From Dendrobates tinctorius (taxonomy: Eukaryota): 64,000 nt of DNA. Below are positions 36,826 through 53,194 of the stretch, in pieces. The notes under the pieces are model-generated. The model saw only the letters and a list, made by a program, of their open reading frames with translations, searched no databases and was not told the DNA's origin. The translations under genes and the position numbers were made by a program. Each line of letters opens with the position of its first letter. Position 1 is the first letter of the stretch. The stretch spans positions 16,740,001 to 16,804,000 of the forward strand of contig NW_027361899.1 in NCBI RefSeq assembly GCF_039654945.1, written 5' to 3'.

Positions 36826-38920
36826 TGCTACTGCTGCTATGTTATATTATAGTAGTAATATTCTTGTACATAGGGTTATATTTACAGTTTTGTGTATATT
36901 ATTAAAAACAAATGAGACATGAGCAAAAAGTGAACAAGTCGGTAGGACAGTGTTCACACCACCCCAAGACTGAAACACAAAAAAACACAGTATAACAAAC
37001 GTGCAAAAATACTCTGTTGTAAAAAACAAAAAAAAAAATATATATCATTAAACAGCAAGTGCTAGTAAAAAAAGATGATAACAAAAACAGGGTATTTAGT
37101 TGATACGATTTTTGCAAAAATGTATAGTAAGCCACTCCACCAACGTCACGGTATACCCATCTCGGAGCATTCCTATCTAATATATTTGAAACCTGATCAT
37201 GTGAACAGTACCTATATGAGCAGGATTCCGAAAGGCACTGCCCGATGTGGACACGCTGTGCAAGGCGGCTTTTTATGTGCATGTCTCACAAGAGACTGTG
37301 GGTTTCTTTGCGTATACTATGTAGATAGTCCTTTGATCTGGAGATTCTACACAGTCTTGATTTTAATCGATAGTGTGTAATGCTTCTTTTTTCCTTAGGG
37401 GGCACTGAAGAGGAATTAATCTCCCCGAGTGACATCTGATCAGTGGGGTCTTTGTTATCTGCTTATTGTATGGAGACTTTTCCATAAATCAGAGACTGAA
37501 GTCAGTGTAACTGTGCACATTACAAGTCTACGACTGTCTTCTTTTTTCCGCACAACCTGTCCTTTAGTCATCACAAAGTGATGCTCTCAGCTTTTTCTCG
37601 TACTTCAGGTGTCAGAAATCGCATGAAGAAGACGACAAGCCGGGAAAGGCTGAGCGGAGTCCCTGTGTTCTCCAGTACATGTTTGGATAGCACTTGACAA
37701 CATAATAGTGTTCTCCGGAGCGGAGGGTCCCCGGATGGCTCATTCTTCACTTATACGTGAACTTTGTATTTACCAAATCTATTTAAAAATAGCGAGACGA
37801 GCAATAGAAGCCGCCGCCATCACGGGAAGCTAAAAATACGCAGCTTCAAAGCCGATCTGAGACATCTTCCTTCCACCGCTGAAGGTTTGTAGAAATGTTT
37901 TACTGGGAAATGTCTCTTCTTTATCCTAAAGAGTCACAATACGGGACAAACTGTATCCTAAACACATGGGACGCGTAAAGGGTTTATCTCACATGGACAA
38001 GTAACCACATATCTACCGGGACCCCCCACAAATCGGGCTCTGGAATTCCCTATAAGAACAGAGAGATTGTGCGCATGCGCAAACCCCAACTGTCCCATAG
38101 ACCGTGAATGGAGCATACGCGGCCACGGGTCTCTTCCATTTCAGAACCACGTGGTCAGGATCTGAGGGGTCTGATTATTAGGCAGCAAGTGTGAATAAGT
38201 GATAACTTGCCTAATTGGTACAACCCTTTTAAAAAAGCACAAATTGAAAACTGGTTGGAATTTTTCTAACTTATTGTGTTGCTCCGTATTGCCATCTCGT
38301 AATGTATCATCATGGTCAGGTCTGGAGTGACCTTATTGGTTTGTAATGTCTATTCAAAAAAAAAAATGATCCCAATGATCAATCAATCAGGAGCGGGAAT
38401 AATTAAACTTGCTGAGTCGTCCTGAGATTAGAAGTTTTTATCCTGGTGCCCAACTTTTTTGAGTTGTTTTCTATGGCGGTCTATGAAGTTTCCTATCGAC
38501 TTGCATGTCGTGGTCCTTCTGGTTCAAAAGTCTATGCTGAAAAAAAAAACCTACTATATATCAGACAATCAGGACAGGACTCATTTTTCAAGCCAGAAAG
38601 CCAATGAAATTGGAGATTTGCTTTCGTGCCTAAACTTTTTGGGTCGCTCGCCACTATTACGAGTCGTGGTCTACACGAAACATGGAGACCGATGAGACTA
38701 AAAATTGATACCGGTGACTAATTTTGGGGGTGTTCTCTATTGCTGTTTATTGATTTTCCTATTGCCAGGCCATTACCAAGGGGAAAATGACCGCAAACAT
38801 CGATCATTCAGGACTGCATCGATTGTATAAGTCAGGAAGCCAATGTGGCTCGAAAGTGAAATGGTGCCCAACTTTTTGGACTGTTCTCTGGAGGATACTA
38901 GCAGGTCTTTCAGTACCTAA

Positions 38921-39304
38921 AGAGGATCTGTCACCAGGTCAAACACAGACAGTTTGTGTGCTTTTATTATATTCCCGCTGATCCCCCCCGAGTACTCCAT
39001 TTTTTGTTTTTTGAATATCCGCCATACGGTTCCAGATATATGAGCATTTTTAATTGGCGTAAATTCTTACTGTCCTTATTAAGGGGGTGTGGCTCACAGG
39101 GTAATGTAAGAGAGCAACCTTAAGACACGCCCCAGAGGATCTTGTGAGTCACGCCCCTTAGTAAAGACCGTAAAAATTAGCACTGGAAAAAAAAAAAAGA
39201 CCATATCTCTGGAACCGTATGGCAGATTTTAAAAAATCAAAAATTGGAATACTCGAGGGATCAGTGGGAATAAAATAACCATTTGATCTAGTGAGAGATC
39301 CTCT
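38921..39304. mobile_element. TTAA-flanked (T2/Kolobok-type) palindromic MITE
   Basis: CTAA-AGAGGATCTGTCAC...GTGAGAGATCCTCT-TTAA with internal inverted arms (ccatacggttccaga / tctggaaccgtatgg). Confidence 0.75.
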
Positions 39305-41370
39305 TTAAACGCATCTCTATAGCGTTAATACCTTAAAGGTAATACCACTGGCCAATCATGACATCTAGAATTTAACAATATCACTTACACAAATAGACAT
39401 ATATGAAGACAGAGGTAAGAGAACATCACTCAGAGGATACGGAAATCACACTCAGGAACACAACCTTGTAATATCAATGAAATGCAGGACACTTAAAGTG
39501 AACCTGCTGGCTGCCTCATGCTACTCATCCGCCCCCGCGGTCTGATTGAGGAAGACAACGAGTTGCAATGGCTGTCATCATACTACTGCTAATATGCCCT
39601 GCCTAAGGTGTGTGTAATAGAAAGTCGGTCAGTGTTTTGCTGATAGATCTAACACACTGCAATACAGAAGTAGTGCGGGGCATTATATGAGCCATCCGGC
39701 TGACTGAAGTTCAAGTTTACTAGTGAGACAAAAAAAATGTAAAAAAAAAAATGTTTAAAAATATAAAGAAAAAAACAAATTATTAAATTCTTCAAAAACT
39801 TTTTTTTGTTTCAATAATTTTTATTAAAAGGGAAATTTTGGGATAAAATCTCATATACCAAAAAAATTTGACACAGAAACTACAATTTGTTCAGGCAAAC
39901 GGAAGCCCTCACTTAAGTCTGAATACAGAAAAATTAAAATGTTACGGGTCTTTGAAACCAGTTAATAAAAAAAATTCCCCTTCCCAAAAAATGTAATAAG
40001 AAGCGATCAAATCTTCATCTATACACAAAAAATTAAGGGGAAAACTACCGTAACCAATATGTACCAATCGGGACTGGACTAACGTAACTAAAAATGCCTG
40101 AATGGGACTAGAAATTTGCCACCAACGCCTAATTTTTGGGTCCAATTAATTATTGCGTTTTTTAAGCCTATTCTATTTCTTTTGGTCTTTGGTATTCGCA
40201 GATGTTTTTGCACCAAATTCTTCAAAAGTTTATGATTTTTGCGCAAACTCAAAAATGCTCTTTATTATTGTTATTTTTTTTTTTCTGACTAAAAAAAAAA
40301 AAAAAATAAAAAAAAAGGGAAATGCATAAAAAAAAGACTTTTTAATTAGAAGTAAAACAAGAGGCAAATGAAAAACAGCAAAAACTTGACAAAAAAAAAG
40401 AGGAGCAAATGAGTGGGGGCCGTTTGTGTGGTCTATATGAGCTCCAGGTCATTAAATAAGTCGGACTTGTTACTGAAGAGACCTCACAAGTTCTACCAAG
40501 CACTCATTAGTCCCAGTCCTGCAGCCCTGGAGGAGAGGAAGAGTCCCAGAAAAGTAAGTGCACTGTCACTGAGCATTATGCCACGATCAATACTTCTATA
40601 AATCACACAAAACGTTGGACGGTTGATAAATATCTGGTGCGTTGTGTTTTTGATTCATGCTCCTATATCAAAACTTTTGTTTTTCCAGCTGAATTTCATA
40701 AACATGAATTTATTATTTTTTTTATTCGCTATTGATTTTATTTCACCAGAGAGATGCAATTATGCTGCGAGTGGCAGAACATTACGTAACGCGTGATAAG
40801 ACGTCTGCGGAATAGCAGATAAAGTGCCGCGCGGATGTGATTTTCCAGGTGGGAACAACATGAAAGAGACAAGAGATCACATGGAGAAGTGATGCTTTCG
40901 TTTCGCTCCTTTTTCATTCTCGGTTCTGTAAGTGCAGAATATAATAATTTCCAAACCTAAAAGCAAAACTATCCCCTGAAATGAGTCTCTCTTCTTATTT
41001 TATTTTTATTTTTGGCTATTCGGAATATTTCCTTTGCATAAAAGCAGCTATAAATGGGAAACTGAAAATGAATTAGTTAGCAATACTTCCACTTATTTTA
41101 TAAATATACAGTAAAACAAGACAAAGTAATAAATTCCGTCTCTGTATCGTTTTGGAAATTTCTTAGAGAAAAAATAAATAGAAAAAAAAAATGATTTACA
41201 TAATGGAGACCAGAAAAATTAGACTCCGGTGCTAAACTGAACCTAACTGGTGCTCATCTGAAAAAGCAGATCTAGGACTGGCAAGTCTATGGTGCCATAA
41301 CGAAGACATTCTTACAGAACTGGTGACAGATTAATAAAGTCCTATAACAGAAATGATTATCAGTATTTAA

Positions 41371-42199
41371 AGAGTGTTTGTCACAAGATTAAAAGTCACC
41401 AGTTTTTGCTGTCGTTTTATTCCTGCCACTTCCCTGAGCATATCGCTTTTTGTTTTTTTCAAATCCGCCATATAGTTCCAAAAATATGGGCCTTTTTTAT
41501 TTATGGATAGTTTTATGGCGCTTCCTAAAAAGGGCGTGGCTTGCAGAGAACAAAAAGGATACGCCCCAGAGGAACCTGTGAGCCACGCCTCCTTGCTAAG
41601 GACCATAAGAATCAGAACTAAACTTTCAACCTTGGCTGATATTCGGGATGCAGGCCTCTAATATGATGAGAGGTTGGAAAAGTTGGGCTTCTTTAGCTTA
41701 GAAAAAAAATACACATCAGAGTGGATCTCATTTATATACTGTATGTGGTCAGTATAGAGGACGGCACAGGACTCATTCCTTCCAAAGACCATACTGAGGA
41801 CTAGGGGGCAGTCATTACAGGGGGAAGAAAGGCGATTCCGGTAGCTACATAGGAAAGGATTCTTTACAGTTAGAGCAGTAAGACTGTGGAATTCCGACCA
41901 CAAGAGGTAGCAATGGCCGACACTATGACAACTTTTATACAAGGGCTGAATGATTTCCTCACTACACAACACTGTGGATTATACATAATTTAGTGACAAA
42001 AAAAGTATAATTGGTGGAGAAAGGTTGAGCTTGATGGACAGAGGTCCTTTTTCAACCTGTGTAACTGTGTAAATAGAAAGGCTCCTATCTCTGGAACCGT
42101 ACAGTGGATTTGAAAAAACAAAAAGTGATATACTCATGGGAGCAACAGGTATTAAATAATAGCAAAAACTGGACACTTGACTTTTGTGACAAATCCCCT
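41371..42199. mobile_element. TTAA-flanked (T2/Kolobok-type) palindromic MITE
   Basis: TTAA-AGAGTGTTTGTCAC...GTGACAAATCCCCT-TTAA; related to 38921-39304. Confidence 0.7.
41625..42072 (+). mobile_element. Degraded CR1 LINE 3' fragment nested in a TTAA-type MITE
   Basis: YDERLEKLGFFSLEK...GFFTVRAVRLWNS in degraded frames; similar to the reverse complement of 10514-11028. Confidence 0.75.
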
Positions 42200-42963
42200 T
42201 TAAATACCACTAAATAATATTACCATTTTTGTAAGTACAGTTGTGGCCAAAAGTATTGACACCCCTGCAATTCTGTCAGATAATACTCAGTTTCTTTCAG
42301 AAAATGATTGCAAACACAAATTCTTTGGTATTATTATCTTCATTTAATTTGTCTCAAATGAAAAAACACAAAAAGAATTGTCCTAAAGCCAAACTGGATA
42401 TAATTCCACATCAAACATAAAAAAGAGGGTGGACAAAAGTATTGTCACTGTTCGAAAAATCATGTGATGCTTCTCTAATTTGTGTAACTAACAGCACCTG
42501 TAACTTACCTGTGGCACCTAACAGGTGTTGGCAATAACTAAATCACACTTGCAGTCAGTTGACATGGATTAAAGTTGACTCAACCTCTGTCCTGTGTCCT
42601 TGTGTGTACCACATTGAGCATGGAGAAAAGAAAGAAGACCAAAGAACTGTCTGAGGACTTGAGAAACCAAATTGTGAGGAAGCATGAGCAATCTCAAGGC
42701 TACAAGTCCATCTCCAAAGACCTGAATGTTCCTGTGTCTACCGTGCACAGTGTCATCAAGCAGTTTAAACCCCATGGCACTGTGGCTAACCTCCCTAGAT
42801 GTGGACGGAAAAGAAAAATTGACAAGAGATTTCAATGCAAGATTGTGCGGATGTCGGATAAAGAACCTCGACTAACATCCAAACAAGTTCAAGCTGCCCT
42901 GCAGTTCTCTGGTCAGATGAGACAAAAGTAGAGCTTTTTGGGCAAAGACATCAACAGAGTTTA

Positions 42964-44516
<1,553 letters not shown>

Positions 44517-45599
44517 TAGAAAATGGTTTGAGAGAAAGCACTGGAAACTTTTAAGGTGGCCAGCAATGAGTCCAGACCTGAATCCCATAGAACACCTGTG
44601 GAGAGATCTAAAAATGGCAGTTTGGAGAAGGCACCCTTCTAATATCAGGGACCTGGAGCAGTTTGCCAAAGAAGAATGGTCTAAAATTCCAGCAGAGCAT
44701 TGTAAGAAACTCATTGATGGTTACCGGAAGCGGTTGGTCGCAGTTATTTTGGCTAAAGGTTGTGCAACCAAGTATTAGGCTGAGGGTGCCAATACTTTTG
44801 TCTGGCCCATTTTGGAGTTTTGTGTGAAATGATCAATGTTTTGCTTTTTGCTTCATTCTCTTTTGTGTTTTTTCATTTAAGACAAATTAAATGAAGATAA
44901 TAATACCAAAGAATTTGTGTTTGCAGTCATTTTCAGGAAGAAACTGAGTATTATCTGACAGAATTGCAGGGGTGTCAATACTTTTGGCCACAACTGTATC
45001 TCCTTATTACACTCGGCGCCAGAGATGGCCACTCCTAGGATCTATTTTTTTTGGATGAGCACCAGATACATTCAGTTTGGCACCAGAATCTAATTTTTTC
45101 TGGTATCCATTATGTTAATCATTTTTTGTTCTAAACAAAAAAAAAGAGTCTCATAAATTTTCAAAGCAACGCAGACACGGAATAAACTAATAAAGTCGAA
45201 TTAACTATTTGTGTGTGTTTTATTGTATATTTATAAAATAAATGGAAACGCTACTAAATAATTCATTTCCGTTTTTCCATTTATAGCTGCTTTTATGCAA
45301 TGCAATTATTGATGAAAAATAGACGGGAAAAAAAAGAGAAAAATCATTTTGGAGGAATAGTCTTTCATTTAGCTGAATGAGGTCTGATGATTGCCAGAAC
45401 TGAATGATGAGGCAAACTCCAAAGCTCACGATAACTGAACACAAAGCTTAGTGAAGACTCAGATACACACCTGCCTTAAAAGGTTTAGGGCGATGATGTG
45501 ACAGAAGGTTCCCCGGGCTATCTAAAAAAAAACACAGCACAAGGCGATGGAAACAGTGGAAGGGGTCAAAGCCCGGCCCTGGAGCCGAGACAGGAGAGT

Positions 45600-46260
45600 A
45601 ACACCTTGGATATCTAAGGTCGAGTCCAGATTAAAGATCATATCTGGAACCAAGACTAATGATGAAATCTTAGATATTGAGTCAAGCTTCATGAAGAAAC
45701 CTGCTACATCTGGTGCCGAGTCTATTTTGAAGACCATATTTAAAGCCAAGCCCAACTATGAAATCCTTAGACATTGAATGATGAAACCAATATAGCTGGT
45801 GCCAAATGAAAGCCTTGAATATTTGGTGTCAAGTCTAAGTTGAAGATCATATATGGTACCAAGCCTAATGACGAAATCCTTAGATATTGAGTCGAGCTTA
45901 GTGATGAAACCCATTATAACTCGTCACAAGCCTAACAATGAAATCCTTAGATATTGAGTCGAGCTTAGTGATGAAACCCATTATAACTCGTCACAAGCCT
46001 AACAATGAAATCCTTAGATATTGAATGTAGAGTCTAATAATTAAACCTAATATAGCTGGTACCATGTCTACAAATGAAAGCCTTGCATATTTAGTGTCAA
46101 GTCCAAATTGAAGATCATATCTGGTACCAAGTCCAAAGAAGAAATCCTTAGATATTGAGTCAACATTAATGATGAAATCACGAGATATTGAGTAGAGCTT
46201 AATGATGAAACCCACCATGTCTGGTGCCAAGTCTAATTTGAAGACCAAATCTGACACCAA
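45600..46260. repeat. Degenerate tandem repeats (gaaatccttagatattgagtc core)
   Basis: Recurring core, including one near-exact 70-bp duplication within about 45873-46025. Confidence 0.7.
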
Positions 46261-46272
46261 GCAGAAGGGTTA

Positions 46273-46533
46273 ATAATCTTTATTTTTTATATAGCGCTAA
46301 CATATTCCGCAGCGCTTTCCAGTTTGCACACATTATCATCACTGTCCCCGATGGGGCTCACAATCTAAATTCCCTATCAGTCTGTCTTTAGAATGTGGGA
46401 GGAAACCGGAGTACCCGGAGGAAACTCACGCAAACACGGGGAGAACATACAAACTCCTTGCAGATGTTGTCCTTGGTGGGATTCGAACCCAGGACCCCAG
46501 CGCAGCGCTAACCACTGAGCCACCGTGCTGCCC
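46273..46533 (-). mobile_element. tRNA-derived V-SINE with L2-type 3' tail
   Basis: Minus strand begins GGGCAGCACGGTGGCTCAGTGG (A box) and has GGTTCGAATCC (B box) and a V domain (gtttgcgtgagtttcctccgggtactccggtttcctccc). TSD AAGGGTTA at 46265-46272 and 46536-46543. Confidence 0.9.
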
Positions 46534-48184
46534 ATAAGGGTTATGGCAGCAAGGTGATACCTAAAGCCCGGCTCATAATTAGAACCAAATCTGGTCCAAA
46601 CTCAAAATGAGGACCTCACTGTCCAACACTTGTGATGATGTAACAGGCGCCAAGTTTTCATTAAATATCCATATGGACATTACGAGAGATTTACACAGGT
46701 GCCGAGGACCAGATAGATATCTGGAGAAGAGATGATTCATAGATTGGTGCCAGGATTGATGATCTCATGGATTAATGATCTGCTGATGCGGACCTCAGGT
46801 GAGTCAGGTGGGCTGCCATCTCTCACAGGATACATTGTAACTGGATGAGCTTTACACCATTGTTACTGGAGGACGCTCACTGGTCGGAGATTGGGCATCA
46901 CTCATCATCTTGGCAGCACTTCCCTCTCGTCCTCTTAACGTTGAGTAACTGCCCACGCTCGCTAATCACTGACGATGCCAAATCAGAGGGAGGGAGCCGG
47001 CAGATAATGAGAGTTACCCTTCTGCTATCAGACAACGGCCCCCACTGCCGCCTTCCCCCCGATCACATCCCGCGCTCTGATCGCGGGCAACCTGCAAAAC
47101 ACTTTCACTGGGCGAGCGCGATCGTCTGGTGTTGGCTTAATAAACCTCCTAATTATATCGCAGAGCTGGGGAAGAGGCGGCTTCGGCTTCCATGAGCAAT
47201 TTCAGGGGACCCGGCCAAATGTACATTATTCATCAATCCTGAACCTGCATCCAAGATCTGTCGCTGTTAACTCCCGTGTAGCCCTGAGCCGAGAGCACGA
47301 ATGGGTGCTGAGGCATATAAAGCGGGGGTCCACGACCCAAAAAAAACGGGATTACTGTCAGCTCGGGTCACTGCCACCATGACGGCACCACGGCAGCAGA
47401 AAAGTAACGGATCCAACTGAAAGTGACACTTTCTCAAGGTTTTAAAAGGCAGAATGCATAAGAAAAAGTATAAATTCACAATTTCCCTAAAACCGGAAAG
47501 CACAACTCGAATACAATATCATCCAAACAAATGTTCATTCCATGAAGAACAGGAAAAATTTGAGCTTTTAATGCTTAAAATATCAATTAAATTAAACATT
47601 TAAAATACTAATCAGAGCATAGTACTACAAGAACACAGGGTACAAATCCATATAGTAAAAAAGCGCAAGATTAACAATAAATGTTATAATCATTTTCATA
47701 CAGTATTTATATATGAAATACAAAATGCAAAAATGCTGAAACAGCAGAAATTTTTTTGTCACCAATATTAGGGCGCCCCATCATTAGACTCTGGGCAGGA
47801 CAAACGCATTTCACCAGGTGACATTCTGATGGCGGAGACATAACATGTGCAGGGATCGATCAGAGGGAGAAAATAGGATATGAAATGCACCAACTGATCC
47901 CTATGTACTGTGAGGAGAGAAGATCAACAAACCCATCATGCACTGTAAATCATGGGATCCTCGCAGGAGGACGCGGACCGCGGGGATCCCGCAGGAGGAC
48001 GCGGACCGCGGGGATCCCGCAGGAGGACGCGGCTCATTGTGTAACACAGACAAGAGCAGAGCAGAATTTATACATATATGCTAAATCAGAACACACAGCT
48101 GACACCCCCCGACCATTATACACAATCTCCTCATTGTCTACCAGGCAGCAACATTTGTGACCAACCACACAAAAGCCCATTATC

Positions 48185-51100
48185 ACTTGGGTGCAGGAGA
48201 ATGACGCCGACACTCGGGGTGCAGGAGAATGACACCCGGGGAGCAGGAGAATGACCCCCCCCCCAACACTCGGGGAGCAGGAGAATGACCCCGACACTCG
48301 GGGTGCAGGAGAATGACACCCGGGGAGCAGGAGAATGACCCCGACACTCGGGGTGCAGGAGAATGACACCCGGGGAGCAGGAGAATGACCCCCCCCCCCG
48401 ACACTCGGGGTACAGGAGAAAGACCCCCCCCGACACTCGGGGTACAGGAGAACGACCCCCCCGACACTCGGGGAGCAGGAGAATGACCCCGACACTCGGG
48501 GTGCAGGAGAATGACACCCGGGGAGCAGGAGAATGACCCCGACACTCGGGGTGCAGGAGAATGACACCCAGGGAGCAGGAGAATGACCCCCCCCGACACT
48601 CGGGGTACAGGAGAAAGACCCCCCCGACACTCGGGGTACAGGAGAACAACCCCCCCCGACACTCGGGGAGCAGGAGAATGACACCCGGGGAGCAGGAGAA
48701 TGACACCCGGGGAGCAGGAGAATGACACCCGGGGAGCAGGAGAATGACCCCCCCCCGACACTCGGGGTACAGGAGAAAGACCCCCCCCGACACTCGGGGT
48801 ACAGGAGAAAGACCCCCCCCCCCCGACACTCGGGGTACAGGAGAATGACCCCCCCCGACACTCGGGGTACAGGAGAATGACCCCCCCCCCCGACACTCGG
48901 GGTACAGGAGAATGACACCCGGGGAGCAGGAGAATGACACCCGGGGAGCAGGAGAATGACCCCCCCCCCCCCCCGACACTCGGGGTACAGGAGAAAGACC
49001 CCCCCCAACACTCGGGGTACAGGAGAATGACCCCCCCCCCCGACACTCGGGGTACAGGAGAATGACGCTGACACTCGGGGTACAGGACGATGACGCTGAC
49101 ACTCGGGGTACAGGACGCTGACACTCGGGGTACAGGACGCTGACACTCGGGGTACAGGACGCTGACACTCGGGGTACAGGACGCTGACACTCGGGGTACA
49201 GGACGCTGACACTCGGGGTACAGGACGCTGACACTCGGGGTACAGGACGCTGACACTCGGGGTACAGGACGATGACGCTGACACTCGGGGTACAGGACGA
49301 TGACGCTGACACTCGGGGTACAGGACGATGACGCTGACACTCGGGGTACAGGACGATGACGCTGACACTCGGGGTACAGGACGATGACGCTGACACTCGG
49401 GGTACAGGACGATGACGCTGACACTCGGGGTACAGGACGATGACGCTGACACTCGGGGTACAGGACGATGACGCTGACACTCGGGGTACAGGACGATGAC
49501 GCTGACACTCGGGGTACAGGACGATGACGCTGACACTCGGGGTACAGGACGATGACGCTGACACTCGGGGTACAGGACGATGACGCTGACACTCGGGGTA
49601 CAGGACGATGACGCTGACACTCGGGGTACAGGACGATGACGCTGACACTCGGGGTACAGGACGATGACGCTGACACTCGGGGTACAGGACGATGACGCTG
49701 ACACTCGGGGTACAGGACGATGACGCTGACACTCGGGGTACAGGACGATGACGCTGACACTCGGGGTACAGGACGATGACGCTGACACTCGGGGTACAGG
49801 ACGATGACGCTGACACTCGGGGTACAGGACGATGACGCTGACACTCGGGGTACAGGACGATGACGCTGACACTCGGGGTACAGGACGATGACGCTGACAC
49901 TCGGGGTACAGGACGATGACGCTGACACTCGGGGTACAGGACGATGACGCTGACACTCGGGGTACAGGACGATGACGCTGACACTCGGGGTACAGGACGA
50001 TGACGCTGACACTCGGGGTACAGGACGATGACGCTGACACTCGGGGTACAGGACGATGACGCTGACACTCGGGGTACAGGACGATGACGCTGACACTCGG
50101 GGTACAGGACGATGACGCTGACACTCGGGGTACAGGACGATGACGCTGACACTCGGGGTACAGGACGATGACGCTGACACTCGGGGTACAGGATGATGAC
50201 GCTGACACTCGGGGTACAGGATGATGACGCTGACACTCGGGATACAGGATGATGACGCTGACACTCGGGATACAGGATGATGACGCTGACACTCGGGATA
50301 CAGGATGATGACGCTGACACTCGGGGTACAGGATGATGACACTGACACTCGGGGTACAGGATGATGACGCTGACACTCGGGGTACAGGATAATGACGCTG
50401 ACACTCGGGGTACAGGACAATGACACTAACACTCGGGGTACAGGACAATGACACTAACACTCGGGGTACAGGACGATGACGCTGACACTCGGGGTACAGG
50501 ATGATGACGCTGACACTCGGGGTACAGGATGATGACGCTGACACTCGGGGGTACAGGATGATGACACTGACACTCGGGGTACAGGACGATGACACTGACA
50601 CTCGGGGTACAGGACGATGACACTGACACTCGGGGTACAGGATAATGACACTGACACTCGGGGTACAGGATAATGACACTGACACTCGGGGTACAGGATA
50701 ATGACACTGACACTCGGGGTACAGGATAATGACACTGACACTCGGGGTACAGGATAATGACACTGACACTCGGGGTACAGGATGATGACACTGACACTCG
50801 GGGTACAGGATAATGACACTGACACTCGGGGTACAGGATAATGACACTGACACTCGGGGTACAGGATAATGACACTGACACTCGTGGTACAGGAGGACGA
50901 CGCTGACACTCGGGGTACAGGAGGACGACGCTGACACCCGGGGTACAGGAGGACGACGCTGACACTCGGGGTACAGGATGATGACGCTGACACTCGGGGT
51001 ACAGGATGATGACACTGACACTCGGGGTACAGGATGATGACACTGACACTCGGGGTACAGGAAAATAACACTGACACTGGGGGTACAGGATAATGACACT

Positions 51101-52048
51101 GACACTCGGGGTACAGGAGGACGACGCTGACACTCGGGGTACAGGAGGACGACGCTGACACTTGGGGTACAGGATGACGACGCTGACACTCGGGGTACAG
51201 GATGACGACGCTGACACTCGGGGTACAGGATGATGACGCTAACACTCGGGGTACAGGATAATGACGCTGACACTCGGGGTACAGGATAATGACGCTGACA
51301 CTCGGGGTACAGGATGATGACGCTGACACTCGGGGTACAGGATGATGACGCTGACACTCGGGGTACAGGATGATGACGCTGACACTCGGGGTACAGGATG
51401 ATGACACTGACACTCGGGGTACAGGATGATGACACTGACACTCGGGGTACAGGATGATGACGCTGACACTCGGGGTACAGGATGATGACACTGACACTCG
51501 GGGTACAGGATGACGCTGACACTCGGGGTACAGGATGATGACACTGACACTCGGGGTACAGGATGATGACACTGACACTCGGGGTACAGGAGGATGACGC
51601 TGACACTCGGGGTACAGGAGGATGACGCTGACACTCGGGGTACAGGAGGATGACGCTGACACTCGGGGTACAGGAGGATGACGCTGACACTCGGGGTACA
51701 GGATGATGACGCTAACACTCGGGGTACAGGATAATGACGCTGACACTCGGGGTACAGGATAATGACGCTGACACTCGGGGTACAGGATGATGACGCTGAC
51801 ACTCGGGGTACAGGATGACGCTGACACTCGGGGTACAGGATGATGACACTGACACTCGGGGTACAGGATGATGACACTGACACTCGGGGTACAGGATGAT
51901 GACGCTGACACTCGGGGTACAGGATGATGACACTGACACTCGGGGTACAGGATGATGACGCTGACACTCGGGGTACAGGATGATGACACTGACACTCGGG
52001 GTACAGGATGATGACACTGACACTCGGGGTACAGGAGGATGACGCTGA
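48185..52048. repeat. 3.9-kb CpG-rich minisatellite (28-bp unit gacgctgacactcggggtacaggacgat and variants) just inside galnt14 intron 1
   Basis: Tandem array with 22-, 25- and 28-bp variants and a poly-C variant block. Confidence 0.97.
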
Positions 52049-52049
52049 C

Positions 52050-52800
52050 ACACATCGGGGTCCCTGTCTCTCGCACGTGCTGCTCGGTCGCTGCAGGAAC
52101 TTTCCCGGTGTTTCCCGGTCTCCGGTGCCGGCTGGGGATGTGACGGTATCGGGGGTCGCGGCGGGTGCAGCCCCCGGACTCTCTGGGGTCGGCTCTTACC
52201 TTCGTCTGCTCCCCCTCGGCTTCGTCTTCTCCCTGTAACTTCCGTCTGCCCCCCAGGAGGAAGATGAGGATGGCGATCCACACCAGTCCGGTGAGAGTCA
52301 GGAGCAGCCTGCGCGCCGTGCGCCTCATCGTCTGGGGGGTCATAGGAGCTGCTGCAGCCGCTGCCCCGGAGCCACAGTCCTCCGCATGTGTCCTGTGCAC
52401 TGCCCGCCGCGCTCTGCGATGTCTCCACCGGCGGAGCCCGGACACCGGAGCAGCAGCGAGGCGAGCACCGGAGAACAGCGGCGGCGGAGGGAGAGGAGCA
52501 GCGCGCCCCCTGCTGCCCGACACCTGCCGCTGCAGGACGCGGCCGGCCCGCTGTACACCTGCCCAGGTGAGCGCCGACCGGAGAGAGCGGGAGACCGGGG
52601 AGACTCCGACATGGGAGACACAGACGCGTCTCCGTGAATGTGCGGGAAAATGAGGGGACGACACCAAGTAATTGCTTTTAAAATGTTCAGAAACTTGTAA
52701 AAAAAAATTAAATTCTCTTTCTGTCGCCATTACCGGAGAGCCGGGACGTGTCCCTCCGGCGCCGTGTGAGGCGGGTTCTCTGTATCGCTGCGGGGCAGAT
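52050..52800. promoter_or_regulatory. CpG island / promoter and 5' UTR of galnt14
   Basis: Very GC- and CpG-rich non-repetitive segment spanning the first exon, with an AT-rich border after about 52800. Confidence 0.75.
52200..52328 (-). CDS. galnt14: First coding exon of polypeptide N-acetylgalactosaminyltransferase 14 (cytoplasmic tail, signal anchor and start of stem)
   Basis: Translates to MRRTARRLLLTLTGLVWIAILIFLLGGRRKLQGEDEAEGEQTK followed by GTAAGA. This is 43 codons with a phase-0 donor and aligns without gaps to the human GALNT14 N-terminus as I recall it ([43 protein letters not shown]). An in-frame upstream ATG lies at 52343. The exon sits in a CpG island. Confidence 0.85.
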
Positions 52801-53194
52801 GCGTTTTACTTTATTATGGAATTTTTTTCTGCGATCACTAAAAAAAACCCCTAAATTCTGGTGTCTGGATTGTTTTCTCTATTATACAGCGTTTACTGAT
52901 TGGGTGAATTAATTTTATATTTTGATAAATTAAACATTTATGGATGCCGATACTGTGATTAATGTTTTTCTTATTTTTTGTCTATTATTTCTATACTCAA
53001 AGGAGGCGAGTTACATTATTATCATTTATTAATTGTGTTATTTATTAATTTTACTATTTCAATGTTTAATTTTACGTTTTATTTTTTATTCACTTTTTTC
53101 CTAGAGCCTTTACAGGACTTGAGCCTGGAATAATGCAACTGCGCCTTCTATATACAGCGATACCATCGTGCCATTGTACATAGGAAAAATGAAC

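Noticed and set aside
46470-46533. tRNA gene
   Set aside because: The A and B boxes belong to a SINE head followed by a V domain, a LINE tail and a TSD.
48034-52051. Very long ORFs (up to 1218 aa) on the minus strand
   Set aside because: They translate a stop-free 28-bp minisatellite in all three frames. The real exon ends at the GTAAGA donor at 52199.
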